A DNA stretch of 64,000 bases from Marsupella aquatica. Lineage: Eukaryota > Plantae > Marchantiophyta. Made by a program: the position numbers and the translations under genes. Positions 40,003 to 53,300 of the stretch are shown one piece after another; the stretch's first letter is position 1; the number at the start of each line of letters is the position of its first letter. The notes under the pieces were generated by a model. It made no database searches, was not told the DNA's origin, and saw nothing but the letters and a program-made list of their open reading frames with translations. The stretch lies in contig OZ316893.1 in the NCBI GenBank assembly GCA_973895155.1, forward strand, positions 18,321,836 to 18,385,835, read 5' to 3'.

Positions 40003-41784
40003 TGTGAAGAGAAAGAAACAAACAGAGTTAAAGTTGAAGGATAAAAAGACAAAAGAGGAATAAAACAAGTGAAAGTTGAAGCTTAGGCTTAAGGGATATG
40101 AGGCATTTAATGGGGAAGTGACATGTGGTGGCCTGGGGGGGGGGATTCGAATTCATAAGGTCATGTTGAAGATGGCAGTTAGAAGCGTGGAGGATGTTAG
40201 AAGGATTCACAGAAAGGAGTTGACGGGAACAGATCAAAGAGGACTTCAGGATCGTGGAGGATATGGTGAAGAGGAGTTTTTGAGCAAGAAGGAAGGGAAC
40301 AGAAGGAATGATCACGAGGAGTTTTGAATGAACGAGGGGACGATCGGGCGAGGATAAGCAATTGGAGTGAACCAAGTGAAGAAGGGAATAAGGATGACGG
40401 GAGAGAGAGTTCATAGAAAGTTGATGTCGAGAGAGAGAGGTGTGCGCTCGGGAGTTCAGAGGAAAAGGGGGAGATGAATTCGACCAAGTAGTGGACAGGG
40501 ATTAAAAAACTTCATGGAGAAATGCTGATGCGCGCAATCTGAATTCAGAGCTTTCGAGTAAAGGGGACTTCAGGATCGAAGAGGAATGGAAGACAGCCGG
40601 TTGTGAGCAGGGGGTTGTGGTTGCTGTTAATCTCGTCTTTGGATGAACAGGGCGATGTGGCTTCAGGTGATAGGGAATGGAGGCAGTCGATAAGTGTTCA
40701 GGTGAAGAAGGGGATAGGGAGGACAGGAGAAAGAGGGCACAAAAAGTTGATGTCAAGAGAGAGAACGCTATGGAGAGCTTGTAAGGGAGAAAGGAGAAGA
40801 CAGCAGAAGACTCGAACCAGTAGTAAGAAAAGTTGAAAGGAGGTTGAGGCGCACTTGAAAGCTTGAGGAAAAGGGAGAGATGCAGCGGAGGTGTGGATGA
40901 TAATTTGGAGTTCTTGGAAAAAAAAAAACAGCGAAGCTTAGGAGAAGAGTTCGCGTGGTGCAGAGGAACGAAGCTGGTTGCGTTAGGGAATCCAGAGAAG
41001 AACGATGGCCGGCTGAAAGAGATTGAATGTTATAGCAGAATTGAATTTTTTCTGCCCGTTTTCTAATGGAAGCTGATGGTCCGATAGTATTTTGGTTGAG
41101 AGGAGAGGGAAGCGCTTGAAGGTGGACAGTAAAATCAATAGGGAGTGGCATACTGGTGACTTGAAGCGACGCGGATATGGGGAGAAATTCACGGGCGGAA
41201 ATTGGGGAAAGAGAAATGAGGAAAGGCATAGACGTGATGAAGGTCAAACAGAATGGAGTAAGGAAGCTCAAACAAAAAGAAGAGAGAAAAGAGTGACATT
41301 CCATCGATTCTTACGAGTTGCAGAAAAAGAAGCCAAAAGACAAAAACAAATGTAAATAAAAGTTCATAACGACATTATTGAGAGGAGATCTGTGATAGAA
41401 ACCGGTACTGAGGAACAAGCAAAAGTGAAAGAGACTTAGCGAGAGCTTCAATGAACGACCAAAGAAGGGACAGAATTCAGGCAAAAGAAAACGATGAAGT
41501 TTGCAGGATGGATAACGAAAACGGCCTTGATTGCTACCATCTGAATCAGAATTAAAAGCTGAAGAGAAACCTTAATTTCACGAGATCCTGTAGAAAGAGT
41601 TGTTCTGAGTCTGAAAGAAGTAACCGAGACGACGGAAAGCTACATGCGTAAAAGAGGTTTGCGTGATCTCTTGACTGAAGAAAATGATGGCCAAGTCCAT
41701 GTGATGAAAAGCAAGTGAAAAGAGGAGCCTTGAATGCTGCCGAAGGAGTGATAGACTGTAAAAGTGAAAAATGCAAATAAATAG
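40003..41784 (-). repeat. Second copy of the CT-rich non-coding repeat, ending TTCACA
   Basis: Terminal ~180 bp homologous to 8830-9011; same strand-asymmetric composition. Confidence 0.7.
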
Positions 41785-43500
41785 ATGGTAATGGTAATGG
41801 TAATGGTAATGTATTATAAGCTCCGGGACCATGAAAGTCAAAGGAGCTGCCACAAAAAGTAAAGTACAATGCAATCAAAGAAAAGAGCAACCAAAAGAGA
41901 TTGCTCAGAAGAGGACAACTATGTCCTCAAAGAAACTATGGACCTAGAGAGCCCTGAAAGATTTTCCAAACCTATTCTCCTTTCCCTATCCACCGCAAAG
42001 ATGGAGGAAAACAGATTTCCTTTTCATGCCTTGCGCTCATCTTCAGCTAAAGGGTGGTATGCAGATGTGTGTAGGTGGGCCCATGCTTGGGATTTTCCTG
42101 AACATGAATGGCCAACACACCCAACCAAGCTAAGAGCAAAACTTGAGCAAAAGGCTTTGCACAAACTTTGGCATGAACCTAGCCCGCGGCAGCAATACTA
42201 CATGAGAGATGTGAACCCCATGAAGAAATATCGAGAACAAGAATACTTATCTAGCACTATCTCAGTACAACTTAGACAACTTATTGCTCAATATAGACTA
42301 AGCTCACACCACCTTGAAGTAGAACAAGGGAGATGGAAGGATATTGACAGGAAAAAGAGGGTTTGTCAACTATGTGATAGCTCTAGTATAGAGAATGAAT
42401 ATCATGTATTCATTGCTTGCAAGTTTTATGAGGGGGTTAGGATGGCATCTCAAATCTTGGTGAAAGATTTGTATGCATTGTTTGGTCTGCCCCCTCAGCA
42501 ACTTGGAAGATATATCTTTGCGGTGGATAGGGAAAGGAGAATAGGTTTGGAAAATCTTTCAGGGCTCTCTAGGTCCATAGTTTCTTTGAGGACATAGTTG
42601 TCCTCTTCTGAGCAATCTCTTTTGGTTGCTCTTTTCTTTGATTGCATTGTACTTTACTTTTTGTGGCAGCTCCTTGAAGTCCTTAGCTTGGTTGGGTGTG
42701 TTGGCCATTCATGTTCAGGAAAATCCCAAGCATGGGCCCACCTGCACACATCTGCATACCACCCTTTAGCTGAAGATGAGCGCAAGGCATGAAAAGGAAA
42801 TCTGTTTTCCTCCAACTCTCTTACACGCATGATGTATTTGAGTGTGTGGAAGAGTGCCTCCACCTCCAAAGGAAACAAGCCTGCCTCTGCAAGTGTAAGT
42901 GCATATGGGGTTTGTGACTTGATCCCAAGCTCCATCTCAAGAAATAGCTTTTGCAGCCCCTCAATCTGTTGCCACCCAGATTTAGACACACTTGCTCCCC
43001 AAATTGGTGCTCCATAAAGAATGACTGGTTTCACCAAAGCTCCAAAGAGATGTTTCCTTAACCTCCAAGTGTGTAGACCAGCTCTTTTGCATTTGTTCAT
43101 GAATGCATAAAAAGCTCTGTACCCATTGGCAGCCCTAGATTTTACACATGAGGCCCAACTCAAGTTTTGAGAGAACTCCACCCCAAGGTATTTGTAGGTC
43201 CTCACAAATTCCACCAGATTCCCTTGGAAGTAGAGCTCTGGATTTTGTCGTGTGCCAATGCCCAAACACTTGGTCTTCTTGAGGTTGACTACCATCCCTG
43301 TTGCTTGACAAAACTCCTCCAAGGCATTGAGATGTCTTTGCAAAGCTTCTTGAGCATGAGCAAGTAGGACCACATCATCTGCAAATATAAGAAGTTGGAG
43401 GACAAACCTACCCAATTGAGTGCCAACTCCACCATGCTCCTCCAAAATGTTGTGTAGCTGATCAATGAAGATGCCAAAGAGAGTTGGTGAGAGAGGACAA
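41785..43500. mobile_element. Rearranged LINE family A insertion: minus 41785-42002, plus 42002-42675, minus 42682-43500
   Basis: Three segments in alternating orientation, one tail, overlapping element coordinates. Confidence 0.9.
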
Positions 43501-45363
43501 TGTTATGTGAGCTGCTTCTGCCTTCTTCAGTTCCTGCTTCCACTTCTCCTTCTCCTTGAGGGCTCCAGCCAAGTCTTCTTGAGTCTGGGCTAGTTGCCCT
43601 TGCATGATACTTATTTCATGCTTCCTAACTCGTAGCTCGTCCTGGGCCTGCTTGGCCACCCTTAACTCTCTGGCGTTGGCTTCCACCCTTAGCCGTCGGA
43701 TGACTTCCTCCTTCTTCATCCTCTCCAAGGCTAGTGCATCCATCAACCGGCTTTTCTCCAACATCTCCCTATGGACGAAAGGCCCTGTCTCCAATTCTGC
43801 CCCAAAGATATCAAGGGCGAGTAGCCCGCACATCCTCCCATACTCCAGGGCTCTGGAATGCGCATAGGTGGAGTGGTTAGGAGATGTCGGCATCTCCCAA
43901 CGTGGCCTTACCATCCAAGCCACCCTTCTTATCTCCTCAACCGTGGGCAAGGGCACGGCTTGAACCCTTGCCAGTTGCTGAATGTTCTCCGGCCATCCAC
44001 CGCCTGGCAAGTCCTTCTCCTTGACCAGGGTTGCTTCCTCCAGGTCCATGAATCGCTGTTGCGACTCTTGATCGGCCTGTTGTCTTCCGTCAAACATTGG
44101 TGGAGGTACGTCCGGTGGGGGAGACTCCGGGCTCCCCTGCTGTTGTGGATCCCCCCGCACCACCCTTGGTAGTCTAGGAATAAAACGGCCGCAGGTCCGC
44201 ACTCCTGGTACCAAGCGATCCGACCCGTAACCCAAGTCCTCGTGGTATTCCTCCTCGTATTCCCCGTCCTTCAGGCGTCCTGGTGCCTGTTGGTCCTCTC
44301 TAGGACTAGTCGTAAACCCGGCCTCCTGCCAGGGATTATACAGGCATGCGGCTTGCTCTTCCGGCTTACGTACCTGACTTTCACACTCCTTTTCAGGATT
44401 GGGAACCCTGGGTCCTAGTTCCTCTGAGTCACTAGAGGCTCTTACATACACCCCCGGCTCGTGTTCCGGCCTCCTTCTTTCTTTGGCTCCGGTAAAGGGG
44501 TTTTCCCTTGTCATTTTTCTGGTGCCAGTTGTTGCTGCCACTGGTGCTAGAGCCGCCTTCTCCTTGGTCAGTATATGCAGGAGGCTCTGCATGGCTGGTT
44601 GTTGCATTGGCCCAGCTTCCGGCACCTGTCGGAAGACTTGAGCTATCGTGGGACTGCCTGGCGGGTCGGGCTGCTTTGCTGCCGCTCTCAGGTCTGATTC
44701 CTCTTCTGGCGCTCTAGCCTGTAGGGGAAGAATCGGGGCAAAGATTTGACTTTGGGCGTACCGACATAACAACGGCATGTGATAACCAAGCTGGGATACG
44801 CTTCCTTGGCTAATCACAAGCTGTTCCTCCTTTAATAACTTTCTAAGTTGGTTGAGGAGGTACCCATTGTAATCCCGGCTTGGGTCTGGCCTCTCTACAA
44901 GGTAAACCTGTGCTTTGCCAATCTCCGGCCTCAGCCAGTTGCAATGCATTGTTACCCGGAAGAAATTAATCATTTCTCCTATATGCGGGTTGGTGCAGGT
45001 GCTCCTCAGGAAGCCGTTCTTCGTTGATGGTCCGGGGAACAATCTAAACTCCTTGTCTGGCAAGTTCTTCTGGGTTTCTACCTTAGCTTTGTTGCCCTTG
45101 GGCAAGCCAAACACTTCGGAAATCACGTTGGAGGTGAGATAGAAGTCCCTCCCGTAGATCTTTGTGGAGCTGGTCTCGTGGTCCCATGATCCCACGAATT
45201 CCAATAAGTCCAATTCTGGCACCTCCTTCTTTAGCCACAGCAGTCTTACAAAGCTCTCCAAGCCTGATCCGGCCATGAAGCCCTGGTACTTCTTGGTCTG
45301 CATGGCTGTAAAGCATGCATCCTCCTCTCGTGCAAAATGTAGCTGTACCGCCAGTGGTATCAT
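43501..45363 (-). CDS. Retroelement accessory protein (conserved N-domain, disordered Pro-rich linker, coiled coil), cut at the C-terminus by the LINE
   Basis: ~620 open codons; homologous to 9738-10378 and similar in layout to 5330-6319. Confidence 0.65.
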
Positions 45364-45456
45364 TGCCGCCCATCCCTTCTAGGTGTTGTCTCGGGTAGGG
45401 ACGGCATTGACTGGGTCGACTTCTTGTTCCTTGGGTTCCTCCTCCCTCTGCTTCCC

Positions 45457-45963
45457 CTATTCGGCTGGCTTCTTTGATACTGCCAATCTCGTCCTCTTGG
45501 CCGATGTGTTTTCTTCATTGTTGGTCATCTTCCTCTTCATTTCAGCGGCACCTGAAGATTCTCCCAATACTGTTGCTTTTGTCCATGCCGTTGTGCAACC
45601 CTCCAGGTCCCAATGTTTGTCGTTGCAGTTGTTGATGGCTTGTCGGCTGCCTACGATTTGGTTGTCTTGAATTAGAAGGTTGTCAAGCTCGTCGCCAGTA
45701 GGTGTCCACAGGAATTCAGCCTTGATGAGTTCTCCTCCTAAGAAGGCCGTCTTCTGCAGTTCCCACAGCCGAGCAAGTTCTTCTTGCTCGCGGGCTGCTC
45801 TTTCTGATTCTTCTTCTTCGTAAGTCCCGACGTACTCACTTGCCCGTTCAAACAGGCATCCCCAAAAATGTGCTGCTTGATTGATGTTGCTCATTCCCTT
45901 CTCTGGCCGTGCTTGGTAGCTGCTTATGTCCCTCCCGTGTTCTCCTCCATAAGTCAAAGTCAA
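45457..45963 (-). CDS. Uncharacterised accessory ORF upstream of the 45363 ORF
   Basis: Local similarity to the 10582-11175 ORF and the same gene order. Confidence 0.4.
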   Translation of the reverse strand: MTLTYGGEHGRDISSYQARPEKGMSNINQAAHFWGCLFERASEYVGTYEEEESERAAREQEELARLWELQKTAFLGGELIKAEFLWTPTGDELDNLLIQDNQIVGSRQAINNCNDKHWDLEGCTTAWTKATVLGESSGAAEMKRKMTNNEENTSAKRTRLAVSKKPAE

Positions 45964-46094
45964 ACTCTAATCGTGTTCCCTGCCGTGGCGTCCTTACTTC
46001 TGGCCTCGGCTCGGGTTCCATAGTCACCCTTAATTATTTATATTTTCCTTGTTTTTGTTACTATACTAATGTGTTTTCAGGGTACCCTCCTGGT

Positions 46095-46460
46095 TTTACC
46101 ATTTAAATGGCCTAGTGATTCCTGGCTAGGCATCACACTATGAGTAGTTTTCCAAAATATTTCTCCCAAGGATAAATCCTGTCTGTTGCGGGCTTATTAG
46201 CTGTGGCAAATCCTGATCAACCTAAGTGCCAATATGTTTCCAATCAACTTATAGATGTGTTCAACAAGGTTAGCAGTCTCCAGTCTTTCAACATTCTCTT
46301 ATCAGGCCTCTTGGGGATGAACTTAGCCGTCCCCTCTTTGATCCCACTCGCCAACTTCCCAGTCATCCAGAATTCTTGTACCATGGCGACCAGATTCCTC
46401 TTGCATGAACTCCCAGCACTCCTGGTATACCTCCACTGAAAGTCCATCCGGTCCAAGGGT
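46095..46460 (-). pseudogene. L1 reverse transcriptase N-terminal fragment
   Basis: FIPKRPDKRMLKDWRLLTLLNT, QQTGFILGRNILEN. Confidence 0.75.
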
Positions 46461-46649
46461 CTTATGTCATGACATATAGAGTCGGTAGCATAAGATATCC
46501 AGACATGTATCATATGCATCCAAGTAAAACAACAAAATAGAAAACCAGAAAGATGATACATGGTTGTCCATTAACACCAAGATGAAGAAATGTTGGGGCA
46601 TGAAAGTAAACCCTTGTATCCCCCCCCCCCCCAGACCTGAGCATGGGTA

Positions 46650-47402
46650 TGGTCAACGAGCTGAGATGTCAAAGGTAATTCTCCAATTAAATCACAAAAC
46701 CAGCGGTAAAACAATCCCTGAATCCCAGTAAAGTGGTATAGGCTGTCAAGAAGAGAATGGTAATAATGGTAATGTATTATAAGCTCCGGGACCATGAAAG
46801 TCAAAGGAGCTGCCACAAAAAGTAAAGTACAATGCAATCAAAGAAAAGAGCAACCAAAAGAGAATGAGGTTCTTACTCTGTCACACTGTTCACACCTAGC
46901 TATGATATCCCAAATCTGAGCATGCATCCCCTTCCAATGGTAGTGAGGAGCCAACAAACTATAAGTACGCTTGATTCCAAAATGCCCAAATTCAGAATGT
47001 ACTTTTCTGACCAAGCTAGCCCTATCAGCAATTGGTGGAACCACTCTCTCCCCTTGTGGCAAACAGCGGACTAGGTGATCTCCCTTCCACATGTAACGCT
47101 TAGACCATTGTAGTATCCGATCCCTTTAGTGGTCATGCCTGGTGGGTACTGCCTGTGCTGCAAGAAATTCAGAGTGTCCAAATCCTCCCAGATGTCCACA
47201 ATTGGTTGGTCAACAATGCTGCAACAAAGCAAGGCAAGATAGGCAGAGGCCCCAAGTGTAGAGCTAGGACTAGCATGATCAAAATCTTGCCGTGCATCTG
47301 AAAAATCTGTTGAAATGATCAAAGGACTACGAGACATGGTGTCAGCATTCTGGTGAGTAATTCCAGGTCTATGAATAACTTCAAACTCATATTCTTGCAA
47401 AA
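46650..47402 (-). pseudogene. Ty3/Gypsy pol fragment (RNase H end, HHCC zinc finger, start of integrase)
   Basis: LQEYEFEVIHRPGITHQNADTMSR, HSEFGHFG..CEQC, FYRWFCDLIGELP. Confidence 0.88.
46757..46862 (-). mobile_element. ~105-bp LINE family A 3' fragment inside the Gypsy integrase
   Basis: AAGAGAATG at 46751-46759 and 46858-46866 (TSD overlapping element ends). Confidence 0.9.
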
Positions 47403-50045
47403 TCAAAGTCAAAGTCAAAGTCAAATTCTAAGCTCCACGACGACCCAATGAGTCAAGGGAGCTGTGGCAAAAAAGCCAAATACAAAGCAAAGAAATGAGT
47501 CAAATGCTCATGTGAGGATCTCTACGTCCTCACTAATAACAAATTTAGGACCTTAAGAGTCACTAATGTATAATGCTATCACATCGTTTCCTATCCACTG
47601 CCATGATATACAATCCAAGTTGCTTTGGTGGCAACCTAAATAGATCATGCAGATCAAAAACAAGGATTTGATGTGCTATTCGAATCTCCTCATACCGTCT
47701 ACATGCTATGAATACATGATATTCATTCTCAATGCTGCCACTATCACAGAGTCTACACACCCTATCCTGCCTCCTAATTCTCTTCCATCTACCCTCCTCT
47801 ACCTCCAAGTGATGTGAGCTGAGTCTATATCTAGCAATCACTTGTCTCAACCTCATAGAAATGGGAGCTCTAAGATACTCTTGTTCTTCATACAACATCA
47901 TGGGGTTTACATCCCTCATAAAATACTGTAATCTAGGGCTAGGATCACTCCAAAGTTTTCTAATAGCTTTATCACGCAAGAGTGACCAAAGCTTCTTTGG
48001 TTGAGTATGCCATTCATGCTCAGATAAGTCCCATGATTGGGCCCAGCTACATACATCAGCATACCAACCAAAAGCTCTAGATATGTGAAAGGCTTGCGTA
48101 GGTAGCCTAGAATCATTCAACGCCTCCACTCTCCTAGCATATTGAAGAGTGTGATAGAGAGCTTCAACCTCCAATGGTAGAAGACCTACCTCAGCCAATA
48201 ACAAGGGGTATGGGGTTTGGGTTTTCACTCCAAGCTCCATCTCCAAGAGAAACTTTTGGATGGCCTCTACCTTTTTCCAACAAGATTGAGAAGTAGAAGG
48301 GCCCCATACTTGCACCCCATAAAGAATAACAGGCCTTACCAAGGAATTGAAGAGTTGTTTCTTCAACTTCCAAGCGGAAAGGCTTGCTCCCTTGCACTTC
48401 TGAACCATGCTGTAGAAGGCCTTGTAACCATGAGCCACCCTATGCGTCACACATGTAGCCCAACTCATGCTTCGAGAAAACTCCACCCCAAGATACTTGT
48501 AAGAGGTCACCATCTCCACCTTTTCACCTGCAAAATAGAGAGAAAGCTCTTGCTTTGTACCAAGTACAAGGCACTTGGTCTTCCTCATGTTGACCTGCAT
48601 GTCTGATTGTTTGCAAAAATGCTCTAGGGCTAGAAGATGTTGTTGCAAATCAGATTGGGAGTGAGCTAGAAGCACCACATCATCTGCAAATATAAGAAGT
48701 TGGATGGCCAGTGTTCCCAACTGAGAACCTACGCCTCCCATCTCCTCTAGCAAATCATGTAGTTGGTCAATGAAGACCCCAAAGAGAGTTGGAGATAGTG
48801 GGCAGCCTTGGATCACACCAAGTGTGCTAGGAACCTCCTCATAGCTACTACCAGAGAATCTAATCATTACCTTTTGATACAATTGTGCAATAGCTATTCT
48901 CATCTCAAGAGGAACTTCGAGACTAATCAACCGCTCCCAAAGCTTGTGTCTACAAACCCTATCAAATGCTTTGGAGAAGTCTACAAACAAGCAAAATAGA
49001 GGTAGCTTGAGTCTTTTAGCCCTCTCCTCTAACACTCTAAGGCAAAGCATGTGATCTAGAGTACTAAAACCTGCCCTAAAACCAGCTTGTGATGATGCTC
49101 TTTTCATGTGTTTTTCAACCCAAGAACTAAGTCTAGCTTCTAGTAGTCCTCCTAAAACTTTAGCAAAGATACTAGCTATCATGATAGTCCTATAGTTGCT
49201 CACCTCATTCTTAGAGCCTCCCTTGTGAATAGGTACCAATCTCCTTGTACTCCAATCTGGAGGTAAGCCACCTTGGACCACTTGATTCAAACATGCAGTG
49301 AGTGCTGATACCAACGAAGATCCACCCCATTGTAGGAGCTCCACTGTGAACCCTTGCAAATCTGCAGCCTTGCCCTTTTGTATTCTAGATAGTTGAGTTT
49401 GCACCTCTATATCTGAGAATTGAATAGCTTCCCCAATCTCCAAAGGCATGGAAGTAGCTTCGGGATAGAAGTAGAGAGACTTCACATAGCTTACCAATGT
49501 TTGTTGCTCCAAGCAAGTATCTTCTTTTTTCACCAGAAATCTCTTCCAAAAGCCTTTAGGATTCTCTTGAAGTTCTTGGGAAAGCACTTGTTGATGTTGC
49601 CTCAAGAAGCATCTCTTCTTGTGCTTCACAAAGTTACTATACATTCTCAATGCAAGTAACTTTACATCTTCAGCTTGTGCCATGGCCCTCCTTCTAGCTT
49701 TCTACACACTCTGCATCAAACCATGCTTTCATGGTTTGTTTTGTGGACAATGATCTTTTAGAGAATACAGTAGTAACTGCTTTTGCTATCAGTTGTGATA
49801 GTTCCAACACATTGGAATGTGTTGGTAGTAGGGCCTCAATCTCCCCTCTAAATACATCAACCTTATCATGATCCAGAAAGAATCTAGAAATATGTCTTTT
49901 CCTTGTTATCCCCTCTCTAAAACTTGTGGCCAAATCTAGATGAAATAACAAGGGTAGATGTGAAGACTCTGGTTGTTGATCAAGTATTCTAAAATCAATC
50001 ACTCTACTAGCTGAAGATGGTGATGCTAGGAGATAATCAATGGTG
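47403..50045 (-). mobile_element. LINE family B, 5'-truncated within APE, (TTTGAC)n tail
   Basis: 706-aa RT ORF 47563-49683; APE end STIDYLL..SSHLPL; frameshift ~49700. Confidence 0.95.
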
Positions 50046-50378
50046 CTGACCATCAGCAAGAACGACTTGATCAAACGAGAACCAATCCGCAAATTTGCGT
50101 GGAGTCTGTCGGTCGCCAGTCCACGGAATATTTCTCTCCCCAAGACTAATCGCCTCGTCGTAAGGAAGAGAATTATGGTTCCGAAAAGTCGATGTCTCGG
50201 TCTCAGTGTCGACATGAACTGATTCTAAGGAGCTGAAGTGGCTCTCCATCGGTCAAATGGTAATGGTAATGTATTATAAGCTCCGGGACCATGAAAGTCA
50301 AAGGAGCTGCCACAAAAAGTAAAGTACAATGCAATCAAAGAAAAGAGCAACCAAAAGAGATTGCTCAGAAGAGGACAA

Positions 50379-53300
50379 CTATGTCCTCAAAGAAACTATG
50401 GACCTAGAGAGCCCTATGGACCTAGAGAGCCCTGAAAGATTTTCCAAACCTATTCTCCTTTCCCTATCCACCGCAAAGATATATCTTCCAAGTTGTTGAG
50501 GGGGCAGACCAAACAATGCATACAAATCTTTCACCAAGATTTGAGATGCCATCCTAACCCCCTCATAAAACTTGCAAGCAATGAATACATGATATTCATT
50601 CTCTATACTAGAGCTATCACATAGTTGACAAACCCTCTTTTTCCTGTCAATATCCTTCCATCTCCCTTGTTCTACTTCAAGGTGGTGTGAGCTTAGTCTA
50701 TACTGAGCAATAAGTTGTCTAAGTTGTACTGAGATAGTGCTAGATAAGTATTCTTGTTCTCGATATTTCTTCATGGGGTTCACATCTCTCATGTAGTATT
50801 GCTGCCGTGGGCTAGGTTCATGCCAAAGTTTGTGCAAAGCCTTTTGCTCAAGTTTTGCTCTTAGCTTGGTTGGGTGTGTTGGCCATTCATGTTCAGGAAA
50901 ATCCCAAGCATGGGCCCACCTGCACACATCTGCATACCACCCTTTAGCTGAAGATGAGCGCAAGGCATGAAAAGGAAATCTGTTTTCCTCCAACTCTCTT
51001 ACACGCATGATGTATTTGAGTGTGTGGAAGAGTGCCTCCACCTCCAAAGGAAACAAGCCTGCCTCTGCAAGTGTAAGTGCATATGGGGTTTGTGACTTGA
51101 TCCCAAGCTCCATCTCAAGAAATAGCTTTTGCAGCCCCTCAATCTGTTGCCACCCAGATTTAGACACACCTGCTCCCCAAATTGGTGCTCCATAAAGAAT
51201 GACTGGTTTCACCAAAGCTCCAAAGAGATGTTTCCTTAACCTCCAAGTGTGTAGACCAGCTCTTTTGCATTTGTTCATGAATGCATAAAAAGCTCTGTAC
51301 CCATTGGCAGCCCTAGATTTTACACATGAGGCCCAACTCAAGTTTTGAGAGAACTCCACCCCAAGGTATTTGTAGGTCCTCACAAATTCCACCAGATTCC
51401 CTTGGAAGTAGAGCTCTGGATTTTGTCGTGTGCCAATGCCCAAACACTTGGTCTTCTTGAGGTTGACTACCATCCCTGTTGCTTGACAAAACTCCTCCAA
51501 GGCATTGAGATGTCTTTGCAAAGCTTCTTGAGCATGAGCAAGTAGGACCACATCATCTGCAAATATAAGAAGTTGGAGGACAAACCTACCCAATTGAGTG
51601 CCAACTCCACCATGCTCCTCCAAAATGTTGTGTAGCTGATCAATGAAGATGCCAAAGAGAGTTGGTGAGAGAGGACAACCTTGGATCACCCCAAGAGTGC
51701 TCCAGATTTCTTCAGAGGTTTCCTTTGAAAGTTTGATGCGCACTTCTTGGTACAATTTAGAAACAGCCAACCTGAGCTCTTCAGGCACTTCCAACTCCAC
51801 CATCCTATCCCAAAGCTTGGATCGGGAAACTTTGTCAAAGGTCTTGGAGAAGTCCACAAACAAGCAAAATAATGGTTTATGTGGAGATTTGGCCTTTTCA
51901 CACAACACCCTCAAGCAGAGAATGTGATCCATAGTGCTGAATTCTCTCCTAAAACCTGCTTGTGAAGGTGCCCTTTTCATCTCACTCTCCAACCAAGAGC
52001 TTAATCTGGCTTCAAGTAGTCCTCCCAAAACTTTAGCAAAAGTATTGCCTACCATGATGGTTCTGTAGTTGTGCACATCATCCTTGTTGCCTGCCTTGAA
52101 GATAGGCACCACTCTTTTGGTCATCCAAGCTTTAGGTAAACCTAAAGCCATTGCTTGATTCAGCTCATGCACCAAGTTTGTTAGTAAAGAGGGTCCTCCC
52201 CACAAAAGAAGCTCCAAGTTCAGGCCCAACAGATCTTTAGCTTTCCCATGTTGCATGTGGGAAAGATGCACCTTCACCTCCCTCTCTGTAAACTGAATGG
52301 TGTCCCCAAGGGGCAAAGGCATGCCACTAGCATCTGGAAAGAAATGCAAGGATGTGACATAGGTTACCAGGTCCTGGTGATCCAAGGGGGGAATAGTCTT
52401 GCCTGATTGCATTCTCTCCCAAAAACGTTTTGGATGTTTGATGAACTCCTCACATAGTGATTGTTGATGACTCTTCAAGAAGCACCTCTTCTTGTGTTTG
52501 ATGAAGTTCTTGTACATAGTGAATGCCAAAAGTCTCTTTTCCCCTGAATGTGATCTTGCTTGCATCCTTGCTCTAGCACAATCCTCGTCAAACCAAGCCT
52601 TCATGTTTTGCTTTCTAGGGGGTTTGGTGGAGAAAGTAGAGGCTGCTGCTTGTGCTATGACTTCTGAGAGCTCAATCTGATCATCCAGGGTATGGAGAAG
52701 ATGTTCAAAGTTGGCTTTGAAGATGACTTCTCTATCAGGGTCTAGAAACAGAGGTTTGGGTACTGGCTTTCTATGCACTTTGTTTGGGATTGTGGTCAGG
52801 TCAAGATGGAACAACAAAGGCAAGTGTGAAGACTCTGGTTGTTGATCAAGTATTTGAAAGTCAACCACTCTAGTGGCAGAGGTAGGTGAGGCAAGAAGGT
52901 AATCAATGGTACTACATCCTTGTTTAGATCTAAAAGTGTAACCAGATGATTGGGGAAATCTCTCAAGCCCATTCAATATTCTTAGATTACAAGAAGCTCC
53001 CAAATGCAAAAAGTGACGTGTCATGTCATTTGTTCTGGTGTCAAGAGCCTCTCTCACCCAAGGTATCTCTTCACTACATGATGACCAAGGTAAAGTTCCT
53101 AAGTCCTCACTTTCAGTAAATTGTTCATTAGATACCCTGGCATTAAAGTCCCCCACTATCCATGTCTCCCCTAGTGGTGATATATCATGAATGACTTGGA
53201 TTAATCTATGAAATGGATAATGTGCATCAGCAATTCCCATCTTATAGACATTCATATTAAGGGGAGCAAAGTAGGTGACAATCAGAAATGATGGAGTACC

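Noticed and set aside
40028-41355. Many short ORFs in the CT/GA-rich repeats (also 6746-8539)
   Set aside because: Low-complexity compositional artefacts without recognisable motifs.
45951-45970. aagtcaaagtcaaactctaa as an ultra-short family B insertion
   Set aside because: Only ~18 bp with one mismatch and no TSD found; not distinguishable from chance.
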